Source of the DNA: Orbicella franksi | Taxonomy: Eukaryota | Direction: 5' to 3' | Length of the DNA: 64,000 bases | NCBI GenBank assembly: GCA_964199315.1 | Contig: OZ116707.1 | Span: 23,188,001 to 23,252,000 of the forward strand | Made by a program: the position numbers and the translations under genes | Notes under the pieces: model-generated | What the model saw: only the letters and a program-made list of their open reading frames with translations | Database searches by the model: none | What the model was told of the DNA's origin: nothing | In this document: positions 34,274 to 47,055 of the stretch, in pieces | Numbering within the stretch: position 1 is the first letter of the stretch | Layout: every line of letters begins with the position of its first letter

Positions 34274-35029
34274 GGATCTCTCATGGTTTCTGGTAAACCA
34301 GGCTAATAGGACTCGACAAAAATCGTCTCGATATAATGGGTACTCGATATGCCATGAACACGTGACTCGCTCAGAAAACGAGACACGTTTGGGAAACATT
34401 CGGAAAAACGAGACTCGTTTCGAATAACGAGTCTTTTTCCGAACGAGTCTCGTTTTGAAAGTCTCGTTGAAAACGAGACACGTTAGGAAAACGAGACACG
34501 TTCGAAAAAGAAAAACGAGACTCGTTTGGAATAACGAGACTCGTTTGGAATAACGAGACTCGTTCGGAATAAGTTCGGAATAACGAGATTTAAAACGAGA
34601 CTTGTTCGGCAGAGACTCGTTAAAACGAGACTCGTTAAGAAAACCAGACTCGTTCGGGAAACGAGACTTATTAGCAAAAATACTTCGTGAAACCATTTTC
34701 GTTTTTGAAGGGAGCCTAGTTAATTATTACGTTCATTGTCTTTTCATTAAATTAACAACCCGACTAATTGATTTTGCTTTTAATTTCAATGTTAATTGTA
34801 AATTTTAAATATTAAGTAAAACGTTGTAGTCGCAGTCTTACAAACGATATAAAGGCAACCAGAAACTGAATAGTTTTCCGTCAAAACAAGTCTCGTTTTC
34901 CGAAAGTTTCAAGAACGAGCCTGGTTTTTTAAACGAGTCACGTCTTCGTTGCATATCGAGCACACATTATATCGAGACGATTTTTGTCGAGTCCTATTAG
35001 CCTGGTTTACCAGAAACCGTGAGTGATCC
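34274..35029. mobile_element. 756-bp non-autonomous DNA transposon with long TIRs and 8-bp TSD
   Basis: TIR starts GGATC, 2 mismatches in the first 65 bp, extending to ~105 bp. TSD ATAAACGT at 34266-34273 and 35030-35037. Interior is an AACGAGACTCGTT repeat array. Confidence 0.95.
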
Positions 35030-35200
35030 ATAAACGTACACATAGCGCTACCAAACATTTACAATATCATTAAGAATTTTTAGAGTCATTAAGAATACCC
35101 TAGAGACTATTGTTACACTTCTTCGAGGCGTGATTTAGTTTTATCACATATTGTATACATATACCAAGCAGGACGCCATTAGACATTTGCATTTTTATCT

Positions 35201-35238
35201 TTGCTGAAGAAGGCAACGGTAGTAGCCGAAACGTCCAG
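35201..35238 (+). ncRNA. Candidate minimal type I hammerhead ribozyme (Penelope-associated)
   Basis: TTG-CTGAAGA(35204-35210)-A-GGC[loop]GCC-GAAA(35228-35231)-CGTC-CAG. This gives the core, stem II, a palindromic ACGT stem III and a GUC cleavage triplet; stem I is only 3 bp. Confidence 0.6.
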
Positions 35239-35454
35239 TATATATTTTTAGCCAGTGTCAACTTTTTATTTCTTTTTATTACAATATTTAACGTAGAAGT
35301 AATACAGACTCGTTATTTTAGTTGCAAAATTCTAGAAATTCAAACTAGAGTTTTCATTTTATTTAACTTAAGGGGAACGTTAACATGAACTTAAATGAAA
35401 TTTTAGGAAGCTTAAAGAGGGATTGAAAGGGAAAAAAGGGAAAGGACTTCAAAT

Positions 35455-36085
35455 CACAGGGTGACACGTAATAGTTTGTCAACTAACAAATTTGTGGCCC
35501 TCTTAAATGTACTAAAAGTTAAAAATCTACTATAAACAATAATCAAAGATTATCACTAAAATATCGCAATTTAAAAATTATTATTTAAAAAAGGAGTAAA
35601 AATCTTATTCTTGAGCTGACTTAATTTAAAATGTTTGTACAAAGCGTTCTTAAGGACATTTACAGATGAAGAGGCGCGCAGCTTAAGGGGGAGGTGATTC
35701 CAACATTTAATAGTCGTTGCAGAAAACGTGCGACCTCCCTCTTTCGCTCTATTAAATCTTATCGGTAAAATGGTAAAATTAGCGCCCCGTGTATTCCTAT
35801 TGTGCTGGCTGTTATTTCGTCTTAATAAATCGTTTATGTATAACGGGCAAGCACCCATAATCCTTTCATGAGCTATTGTACATCTTTTTATATCAATCTC
35901 GATGTAATATGGCACCCATCCTAAGGTATTAAATAGATCTACAGTGCTAGGGCGTTGTTGGGCGTCAAGGATAATACGAGCGCAGCGTTTTTGCAGCCTG
36001 AATATCTTACTTGTGTTGTCGTGGCTGCAGCAGCTTGTCCATGTTACGCTGCAATATAATATCAGTGGCTTAATTAAAGGATTGA
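35455..36085 (-). mobile_element. LINE 3' fragment (CR1/L2-like ORF2 C-terminus and 3' UTR)
   Basis: LIKPLILYCSVTW..IFRLQKRCARIIL..LFNTLGW..HNRNTR..GGRTFS..WNHLP..FK-type motifs; stop at 35571. Confidence 0.85.
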
Positions 36086-36089
36086 AATT

Positions 36090-37861
36090 TGTGGCAGACA
36101 TGGAGAGGGGTCAAGCTATGGAAACCTAGGAACTTTGTCTCTAGCTCTTGGTGACTATATCAAAGCAAAAGAATGTCTAGAGAAAGCACTTGCGATCGCA
36201 ACTGAAATTAGTGATCGACAAGGAAAACCATATTTTCAGCTACAATTAGGAGCCTTGTCTCTCGGCATAAAATATGCTGATGCTAACAAATGTTTCAGAG
36301 GAGCACTTCTGATTGCAACTGAAATTGGTGACAGAAACTGCGAAACAGGATGTTACAAACATCTAGGAAATCTGTTTCAACGTCTGGATGATGATGTCAA
36401 GGCCAAAGAACATTATGAGGGAGTACTTGCTGTCAGCAAGTAAAGTGACGACAAAGTAGATGAAGCAGCTCTTTACGTTGACCTGGGGAGTCTATTTACA
36501 TCCAACAATGAATATACTACGGCGGAAGAACACCTCGAGAATGCATTTTCAATAGCTTAAGAGGTTCAAAACTTTAAAAATAGAGTTTTTCTGCTACCAG
36601 AACTTTGCACGGGCGATGATACGGCAGGAAAAAGAACTGTAAGTGTTTCCAAGTATTTGTTTGAAAGTATTCAAAAATAAGAAGATTGCCGAAGTTTTCT
36701 GAAAGACAATGATGAATTCAAGGTACTTTCTTCAGATGGGTATAACTCTCCCTACAAAGCACTCAGTACTTTGTCTTGTGTCGCTGGGAATCCTAATATA
36801 ACAAAGCCCTCTAGGTTGAAGGGCTAGGACGGTCTAGGGCCCTATCAGACTTGATGGCAGCTCAGCACTCTGTTGAAAGGAAAATCTCAGCTGACCCGCA
36901 AACATGAAGTGGCATTGAAAACGTCGTGAACCTGCAAAGTTCATCATTGTTCGTGATCGCCACCTGTACCGTGTTCCATTTCCACTTACCGTGGAATGTA
37001 ATTTTCAGAGACTTTCAGAATTCGCATTGTTCCTTATTTGACGACTCTCAAATGCATTCAAGACAGTCCTCCCGACTATCACTGTCAGACCAGAGCTCTG
37101 ATAGTGGGTGATCCTGAGGTTGGTGAAGTACTTTTGAAGGGTTGCGGAAAAGCCATCGCACCATTGCCCTGTGCAAGATAGGGTAACAAGCAACTAAGCA
37201 GGCGGTACTTCAAGAGATAAATTCAGTGAGCCTGATACACTTAGAGGCACATGCGGAAAGTAATGCGGAAAGCTTGCGCCTGTTAGAACTGGTATTCGAC
37301 TTCCACATGAAACTGGCTGCTTGTTGACGGTAAGTGAAATTTCGCAAGTTCAGCTGTGAGCCAAACTTGTTGTACTTAGCTGCTGTCACAGTGCTCGCGG
37401 ACAGATTAAAGTCGAAGGAGTTGTTGGCATTGCTCGAGCGTTCCTAGGATCCAGTGCACGCTCAATGTTAGTGGCACTGTAGGCCCTAGCGGACAATGCA
37501 ACAAGGCAGTTTATGAATCGTTTCTACGAGCATCTTGTCCGTGGGGAGAGTGCCAGTGAATCTCTTTACCTGGCCATGAAGTGGATGAGAGGCAACGGCT
37601 TTGCCAATATTTCTGAGTGGGCAACGTTTGTGCTGATTGGGGATAACGTCACATTTGACTTTGGAGATAAAAGTAAGTGTAAACATTTCACTCTACCATG
37701 AGAGACTGGGACTACAAGCAAGCCTGCATGTGGAACTGCGGACAGTTCGCGTTAATCTAAACCTCCAAAGGGAATTGGCTTAGAAGTAAAATAACTTAAA
37801 ACTTGGTTTGTCTGCTTTTTTTTTGTTTTGTTTTGTTTTTTTTTGTTTTCCAGGAAGTTAA
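36090..37861 (+). pseudogene. TPR + CHAT domain (TTC28-like) pseudogene, 5'-truncated
   Basis: TPRs (SYGNLG..LGDYIKAKECLEKALAIATEI), linker (LKDNDEFK..GLGRSRALSDLM), CHAT ([50 protein letters not shown]). Many stops and deletions. Terminal intron 37673-37853, then AGA AGT TAA. Confidence 0.9.
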
Positions 37862-40800
37862 TACCTCAACAATGGAAATCTCCAGGCAGACATCAAGCGA
37901 GCAATGACCTGAGAAACTTTTTGCAAGGGTAAAAAACTAAGTGCTTTGTTGGTTTTGGTTCTCTTCATTCTTTGAGAAAGGCCTTTTTCATGACAGGATT
38001 TCACTTGAATGTCAAGTGGAAACGGGCAAGTGATGCAGATAGCCTAGATTTATTTCAGAAGCTTGTATAAAATATGTATGTAATCAAATTTCAATATTTT
38101 AATAACTAGATCTTAGGATTTTGTTGTATTTGTATACGTACTTTTTTAACATTTTTAGACTTAACAATTTTAAGCTACTGTATATTTGCAATTTCCACCG
38201 GGCTTAAGATATTTTATTATTATAGTTAAATACAACAGAGGACACAGCTATTGTCTGGAAGCCCCTTGCAACGGTTTACATGTACTTTGGAACGTGATGA
38301 TGTTTTATTAGTCAACTGACTACAGACAAAGCTAGCTGAAGAAGGATTTCAAGTCAAATAGTACTTCGAAAGGGACAAAATATATTTTTGGACATTTTAT
38401 ACTGCAACGCAGTGGCATTTACCAATCGTAATATTACCAGCCTATGCGAAGGACAACTGAGAACCATCGTATTTTACAGTAATTATTTCCTACGGTGGTT
38501 TCCAGGTACATGTTGAAAGTAAAGTTTGATTCGGCAGTTGTCGTCTTTGTCTACTCTACGCTCCCGGTGCTCGAGCTGCATTAATTCTTAAAACCACGTC
38601 AAAGTTACATCATTTTAATCCTTCAGTCTCTGTTAAGGACAGTTGTCGAAATGAAAAGGTCCGTGTTTAGTGCCCGTGTTGTAGCCATTGTAGGGTTTCT
38701 CTGCGTTTTTTTACCCTTGAGGCAAGATTCCCCAGTTGGAAAACATGTTCCCCGGTTACGGCAAGATAGGTGACTGGGTTAAAGCTATTGTGTTTTACCA
38801 ATCTTCAATTCTCAGTACTTTAGAGACAGAGAACGAGATGACACATCTTTTTAGCGACGATAACTGAATTTCACCTAAAGGATTGAGTTTGGGTTGAGGC
38901 TACTGATATTTGCAATAATTAAAGAGCACAAAACGTGCTTTAAAATACATCAAAGGGAGGGCATTTAGAGTTCGGCCAATGAAAACAAGCCACCCCACTG
39001 TTTAAGTTAAAATTGATATTAACAAATTAAAATTCTAATACATGCCTGGAGGCAAGAAGACTGGTGTTTTCAGTGAAGAAGGGGATTTTTATTTTGGTAC
39101 ACAAGCTTTCACTTCAGAATCGAGAACTTCGTCTTCGTGGTAAGGGAAAGAATAAGCTTTTAATTGATTGTTAATGTTTGCTTTATACCTAAGCCTTCGA
39201 CTTTGATGTTATATCAATGAGTAGTCTATTCCAGAACAGTCCCTTTTACAATGTTCTATGTAAACACACGGTGTAACCTAAAGATATAAAAATATCATGT
39301 CATTTTCTTTCGGTCATTCCCACTACAATACTTGACTAGATTAAACCCAAAGGTTACAAACATTAAAAGTTAAAATTTAAAGTACCGACGAAACTTTATG
39401 AAATGGTAAATCAGTTCGGCTAGGTATCGAGTCTTTCCTATTCACTTGCATTAATTTAAGCCGCCTTGAATTTTTTGACCGCAGAAACAAAATTCGTCAT
39501 GAATTATAAATCGATGAGGAAAATTTAATTTCGACAAATTTGTTTTTAATCCTAGGTGATATATATTACTTTCTCTGAAATTTTGCTATTGAAGAGTGAG
39601 TTAATTCCGTACAAACATCAAACGGCATGAAGGCTTACTATTTACTTCCAGCGTGCTGAGGGATAGATATGCATGCAGCCTAGGATACCTAAGCTTCGAA
39701 AAACATCTACTACTATTATAAAATATATGCATGGCAATGAAAGTGTCTGAAAGAATATATTGTACCATATTTTAAACAGGGGTGTTTGTATTTTTTGGAA
39801 ATACCAATTTCCAAACGTCTATTAATAACCAATCCTGGTAATACTCTACAAGAGTCCATGATTTCAAACTAAGGACGCTGAAGATGTATATATGTTTTAG
39901 TAAATGTTATTCTTACCTTAAATTAAGCTGATTTTCAAAATATTAATTGGCAAAGAAAGGACCTGCGTGGACATTTGAAGCACGAAGAATGAGACTACAT
40001 GATGTAAGCATCAGATTGCGAATGACTTGGAAGTAACAACAAGTTTAATAACTACGTAACGTGCTCTGTTTTAACTTAGCTGAAAGCAAATAAATTGCGC
40101 TTTGATAGAGCAGTAAACCTGCTGCGCTGCCACCAGAGCAGTCTGTAAAAATCACACAGTAGGGCACCTGATACTTTGAATAGTAAATTGAACACTTGCA
40201 GAAAGTGGTCCGGCTTTACAATTATTTTGTTTTCGATTTTTGACTTTTAAAAAAACCAGAGATTGAAATAACGAAAGGAAAAATGACTGGCGCGCTGCCA
40301 GTCAGAGTGTAATTTAACTAATTCAACCCCGCAATTAAAAAACAAACCTATAACTAAACAATCCTTGTAAATGCTGTCTAGAACAATATGCAATTTTCGA
40401 AATATCATCGGGTTAATTCGTGAATTATTTCATGCTTTGATCTTATTTCCTTCAATGAGGGGCAGCAATAAACCGAGAAGCGACACACACATTTTACGTT
40501 CTCAAGCCGCCCAGCTGTTCTGTTGTTCCTTTTTTTTTTCGTAACTTGTATTGGTTAGGTCAGCAGACATAAGGAATAAGCATGAAGCAAAATGCACCAG
40601 GAAACTTAGAATGCACGAACTTTTACCAGAAAAGAATGATCGACGGCGAAAGTAACAAGTAACTCTCCGCTTCCCATCTCCAACACAAATTTTTAAAGCT
40701 CTCTATGTATAAAAAATAAGGTGATATTGAAAATTATGTTAATTGAAGTAGGCGGACGATCCTAATTAATCGTTGTGAAAAGCGAATTTTCCAAAAGAAT

Positions 40801-43800
40801 GGAGACACACCGTAGCAAGAAAGAACAAGATTAGCAGCCAAAGAATATCGGTAAGTCATATGATTGACACACTTGCTGTTAAGTTATTTTTACGGTGTTC
40901 GCATGTCAATATTGCTGTTAAGAGTCACTGTCTGGAAATAGCGATCTAGGATCATTGGCCAGGCTCGAAAATTCGAAAATCTCAATATTTTGCTTGAAGA
41001 ACACTTCCAGGGAACTATCTTCCAGTGTACCATTTTCTAAAAATTTAAAGTTTCCTAGTAATAGATTCGGAAAAATCGAAAAGGCGAGTTTTGCATCATT
41101 AACTATGCATAAATTAATATGATTCATGAACAACTTTTCAAGAACCCTTGATCCTTTGGTGGCCAAAAATGGCAACTCGCAAGCTAACAACACAAACTTT
41201 GGTTTTTGGACAGCTTAGCAGACGTATGTGCCATTGGCATGGCCACATAAATAAATATAAACAGGCCTTTAATTTTTTTTGGCAGTATTTATGTGCAGAA
41301 AATCTAGTCATTAGATTTTCTTCATCATTTCCACGCAACAAACTTGTGACACTGCTTACAAGCTAACACTACTGTTTTAGCAATACTTTTAAAACGAGAG
41401 ATTTCAACTGGAGGATGTCAATACTCCGGTTACTTATTTCCTGAAGTATTTTCTCGCCAAATGTCTTGAAATTCTAATGCGTGGTTCTCGAAGAATATGC
41501 GTATTTTCGAGAAAGCTATTCAGCATTCACTCTCAATTTTTTGACTTACCAAGCATGCATTTCATTTAACTGGGTTCTTTTGGTAACAACGAAAAATCTG
41601 AGAATTGCTGGGTTCTTTATGTCGTTACATTTTCCAACACACTTTACTAATAAAGGACTAAAACTGGCACCAATACACCGTGGATGTCATTTATGAAGAA
41701 AAATAGAACCGATGGCTCCGGCATCGAACAAACAAAATGATCGCTGTATCGACGCCATGTTTGTTTGTTTGTTTGTTTGTTTGTCTGTTTGTTTTTTTGT
41801 TTTTCGTATTAGCAAGAGCGCTCGCGAAAATTTTGTTCGGTCACCTTAAATTCTACTCGCTTGTATTGTGACGCGAGGAAATCAAATAACTCAGAAAAAC
41901 TCGTAACGTTTAGTTGCCACTTTCTCCCAATAGCACTGTTGAAAGTTCTGCAGTCGTTTCAAGGGTTTCAGTGCCCTTTGCAGAGTTGCCAGCTCGTGCC
42001 TTAACGAGCCCAACGTAAAGGTTCAACAATTAACATCTTAGTATGTCCACATTTGGTATGTCCAATATCAGGTCGAAACGAGCATTGCAAGAAAGAATGG
42101 TCCTAACACTATAACAAAATGGATATGCTCTGGAAATCATGACTCACATTATTTTGGCGCTTACAGACACCTTCGTGAATAATATTTTTGTCAGACATCT
42201 TATTTGGATTAAGTAATAAATCTTTAACCTCTAGAAAATACAGTTTAGCAATTTATACTGTACATATTCAACCTGAAACCTCAAAGCCCTAATATATTTA
42301 AAAAGCTTCCACAGATGTAACTATTAGTATAAAAACTGGGCTGGGAATCATTGAGACACCTAGCGCGGTCTACCCAGTCCTGCTCATTGTTGTGACTCGT
42401 TTTCGACTCAACTTTCAATTACAAGCAATCAAGTGAACACGGGTGGTTCATTTTATCAATTCAAAAGCCCCGGCCTTTATCCCCAGCAAACACAAAAGGA
42501 AGCAAAACGAGTGATATTTAAATGAATTATTACCTGTCTTCACAGTTGAACTGTTGAATCAAGCCACATCAAACAGATGCGTTGTTAAACCCAAATCGAA
42601 TTCATCCCTCTATATAACTACCATCAGATTAAATTGTTCGATTTAAAAGTTTGACATCTGAATTGAGCCTGAGGCAAGACAGCTTTGCGGTCGTCACTGC
42701 CTGCTTTTAATATAAGACAACAATGAACACCGCTGGGGACATGATTGCGTGGTGTCTGAAGCGGAGTCCGAATTCGTATACAGGAAAGTTCATTCTGGTG
42801 CTTTTCTTTATTGCCATGTCCTTTCTTAATCAGCTCCAAGGGCGTTTTCAGCATTCAAAAAGCGTGATTTGATCTGTGATGTTATCCCAGTTATTCCCAG
42901 CAATTCTATGCAGACAAAAGAGGTATTAATTCTGACCCTCAACTGAAAGTCCTAACCTCGATGATGTGACAATTAGCGTCTAATATCACTCTGGCAGATA
43001 ACTTTGGCCAAAGTTAATCAAATGGAATTCCCTCGTGTATCGTCAAGATATCACATCTGAAATACATCCTGTTATAATCCAGTCGTTCATTTAAATCTGA
43101 ATTCGTTGTTTTACGAACGTGGCTGTCAGCATCATTACTCGACTCAAAGCTGTGGTTTTCTTTCCCGTTGGTCTTTCTGATCAATTCACTGGCGTTCAGC
43201 TGTAGCAATCGACCAAGAGAAAAGATGGGAGAGAATTGTGGCTCAAGTATATGCTACCGCAGAGACCTACGTGCCATTGTCAACGAGGTTAGCTCAGAAA
43301 ATATGAAGTTTGTTATCCACTGTTCAATGACTAAATTATTATCTTCAAAATCTTGCAAGGTAAAGGTCTTCGATGCTTTGAGCAGTTTTCTTGTTTATTG
43401 TACAGTTTTATTTGGTTTTATAATCACGGCAGTATTAAATTTGATATCTTTTTTCTAGTTTGGCTGATATAAGTTTTTGATGTTCCACGGGGTAACTTTG
43501 AGTATTCAGGGTGATTTCTCCGTTACACACGTATTCAAAAACACCCTCAAATTCACTCAATGATGAAAGAAAACGAGCGAGGGCTGAGGTTGAATGTTGA
43601 AAAATAAGGCAACAAATTCCTCACCACGTCCCCCATGATGTCATTCAGGAATAACTCAACATCGAAACTGAGTTATGATAGGAGCTTATGAGATAAAGTT
43701 CTTAGGAAGCTGTGAAATAATTTAAAAGTTTTTGATGTTAAATCTCGTGTTTCGATAATACCCCTGTTGGCAAATGTTGTAACCTGTCTTCCAAAAAAAG

Positions 43801-46800
43801 AAAACTGAAAGACGATTTTGGCACGTGAAAGAAAGAGAAATAAATATCATTACAGAGTAGAATGTCTTCGATTAAGTGCTGAATCGTGCTCGTATTTTTC
43901 ACACATTTTGCAGCCAAGCGTGTTCGCATAGTTTAGCGTGGCAAGGTTTAATCCTGCACTTAACTTAAAGTTTCGAATTTAAGATTATCTCTCGAGATAC
44001 CTTTTTAACTACTTTGTGGCGCCAGATGCCTCGAGAAAAAGAATCAGCGATGAAAAGTAAGAAAAGCGTGTCGCAGTTAGGAGGGGGCAAGTCACATGAG
44101 AGAATCTGACGGTCTCCGTACGTCTAGATCTAGTTCCCTGTACGTACCATCCCGTTTTTTTTCATGGACGGTAATTCCTCGATCGTTCGTCAAATTTAAA
44201 AGCGCCAATGACGATATGTATAATGGCATCCGACAGGTAATATACGATGTCACAGATGTTAATATCCAGCATTCTCAATTGGAAAGGTAATCGGAACTGT
44301 TGATCATGTTATCTCTGCATTTTTAAAATTACTTCTCGGAACAGTTATTATTCAAATTGAGGGGGTTTTTATTGAAATACTTACACAATTTGATATATAA
44401 TTTAATTTACCTTACTATATAAGAAACTGCATTTCTTTATGAATAATGCGTCGTACGTGTAAGCAGAACAGAAAAGACTGAAGAGGGGCTGGAGTTCACA
44501 TTGCTTAGTACCCGTTTATTTGCGAGGAGATTCCCAGCCATAATGTCTTTCTACCATTTCTTGATTCACAACAGTTAGTTGAGAAAGTTGGTAGGATAAT
44601 TGCTCGTTTTTATTTAAATACCGAGTTTCCTAATTTGATCGTTCGTGTTTGTTTACTCGCACCAAATGTACATGTAAGTGCGTGAGAAGTGCTCTTGAGG
44701 CGCTGAACGTTAATATTCCGGATTAATACGAGCATTAATTACATCTCTAGATCTCTTGTCGTCGATAACAGAGCAGGGAAGATCAAGAAAAAACAAGCTA
44801 AAATATTCCAGTTCCTTGGCTACTTGATTTATCTTAAACTGATGCGGCCTTTTTACTATCGATTTGACAAAGACGAATAACTTTTCATTGCTTTGCAGAT
44901 TCGAGCAATTAACTTCGAATTAACTGAGTTAATGTTTGTCTTTTATCGGGGGACTTTTCATCAGTCAAGGTACGTAATATTCGGAATTCAACCTTATCTC
45001 CGGCAGTCGAAAAATGACCGATTATAGCCATCCTCACTGCGGTTTTCAAAGGGGACATACAAATTTAATTAATGCTCGTTAGGTACTTTGCAATTGTAAA
45101 GTGTAACTGTGAATTGTGTCCCTTCTGTTGACAGTGCTCAGCAGCTGAACAGTAATTACAAAAGTGGAGGCAGATGACAATCTGCTGATAATCTGTTAAT
45201 ATCTAGTGCCTTCTAATGCGACGTCTTACCATATAGAAGACAACGGTCGGTATGCTTCACATAATTACTTGAGTGAACGGATTTCCTTTAAATTTCTTGT
45301 GGTCACTTTTATGCAATTATATTGCCATAATCATATTTAATTGCATTCATAATAATCGTCGCATTGTACGCCGATTTTCTGTTTCAAACTCAACTCTGAA
45401 ATGGATTTCCATCTGTAAGAACAGCCATACAGTTGCAGGTAATTAATTGTAGCATTTCCTTCAGAGTGGAATCCCTGAAGCACGGGTGCATTCATTTTAA
45501 CCATGCACAGTACCGACTAGTCAGCTATCTCAGTGAACAGTTATTTTACCGGATACTGAAATCCAAACAGTCATGTTAATTAAACCTCATGGTAGACAAA
45601 GCGGAATCATTTAAAAATACTACAATTCCAAGGGAAGGATAAAGTAGTATATAAGTACAGACATGAGCAAAAATTTAGAGGATGGCTTTAGAATATCGAC
45701 AGACCGTACTGTAATTTTAATAATTCGACTTATTAAAATAAGTCAGATACTGGTGGTCTGTAGCTTCGAGTAGTATACAGTAAAACTTTGCATGACTTTT
45801 GTGAAAATTAACGTTGTATACCTAAAAGGTTTTCCTAGCTTGCAATCAATCCATGCCGGTAGACATGTTCGCCATGCAATTGCCGAGTGTGTAAGTTTGG
45901 CGAGTTCAGTTCCTAAGGGCATATTTCAGTGTACAGTCATCAGAAGAAAGGAGATGATTCTATCTGCTTTAAAAAAAGTGTAATCACATCTCCACTTTCA
46001 TCTTCACAGAAAATCGAAATTGTGGAGTTTTCAGCAGCAAAGGACTGCGGAAAGATTTGCCCAATTAGATCAGAACTGTAACAAAGCGGTCGATCTGCTT
46101 AGCAAAACTATAATTCTTATTTCATTTCCGGTTTGGATTAGCCCAAATAGCTCCCAACATTGTTGCTTTGTTTCTTGCAATAGGACAATTTATAAATTCT
46201 AACTCAGTTTAAGCCTGAGCGTTGAAAAGTTAACGTTATAAAATTCATGGGTTTAAAACGCACGAAATCATACCAGTGACATCCGGATCTTAATAAGCAT
46301 AGATTTTTTCGAGTTTACTTCTCCCTTTTCTTCCAAGTTTCAGTCTTGATTGATATAAAGTGTTTTATTCTTTAATTCGTTAGCACGTGGTATTTTTAAT
46401 TCGATAATGTTTAGAAAAAAATTCCTGAGTTCCTACTCTAAAATCATGCGTTTTCTGTAGTCAGAGCGCAATTAAAAATCGCAATTCAAAGTGGAATATT
46501 TAGTTCGGTCCCACCGAACTTCATCAGCCACAATAAAATTGTGAATGTTAAGAAGGGTTATATGATGTTCATTATGGTCTCAAGGGGGCTCAAATAGTGT
46601 CTTAGATGTTGGCTAATTCGAAGCTATTGTCTCTGTTCAAAGAGGGCTTTCGAATCGTAATTGGATCTCAATCTCTGTAATCGTTGTTTGGAAATGGGAT
46701 GAAATACCGTCTCTTGTGTTTGATACATATTTTTATACCATGCCAAGGAAAATACAGGCAATAAGAAAACAGGAAAGCCGTTGTATGGTCAATAGTATTA

Positions 46801-47055
46801 CATCCAACTTTCCAATCGAGTGCTGTGCGTATGTGGCATATGCATATTTTGTGTTAGCCACTGTTTCTATGACCTGGTATAAAATCGATATACCATGGAA
46901 TATGCCCCAAAGGCTTGTGTGTATACCGAAAAAATACAAGTGGCTCGTAGGTTATTCCATAGTATACTACACGAAAACGTTGCATAACTAGCATAGACAC
47001 GACAACTAACAATGCAATTCCAATTTTCTCTTTTCAGATATAATTCCATGGAATC

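Larger units (their letters stand above)
33920..35290 (+). mobile_element. Penelope-like retroelement 3' relic (GIY-YIG endonuclease), interrupted by a MITE
   Basis: Translation with frameshifts: FNIKVAHKPIRTI..., GIVYKIKCKD-CVYVGQT..LKTRVKEH, RLILEAWH..NAIN. After removing 34274-35037 it continues VHIALPNIYNIIKNF*. Confidence 0.88.

Noticed and set aside
34163-34696. 177-aa ORF and overlapping ORFs
   Set aside because: Translation of the AACGAGACTCGTT repeat array of a MITE.
39095-39160. Minus-strand hammerhead-like GAAGAC..GAAAGCTT
   Set aside because: The CUGANGA core is broken (CCACGA) and stem II does not pair.
42930-43400. Near-open minus-strand frame (~150 codons, few stops)
   Set aside because: No recognisable motif; the stop deficit is too modest to support a pseudogene call without a search.
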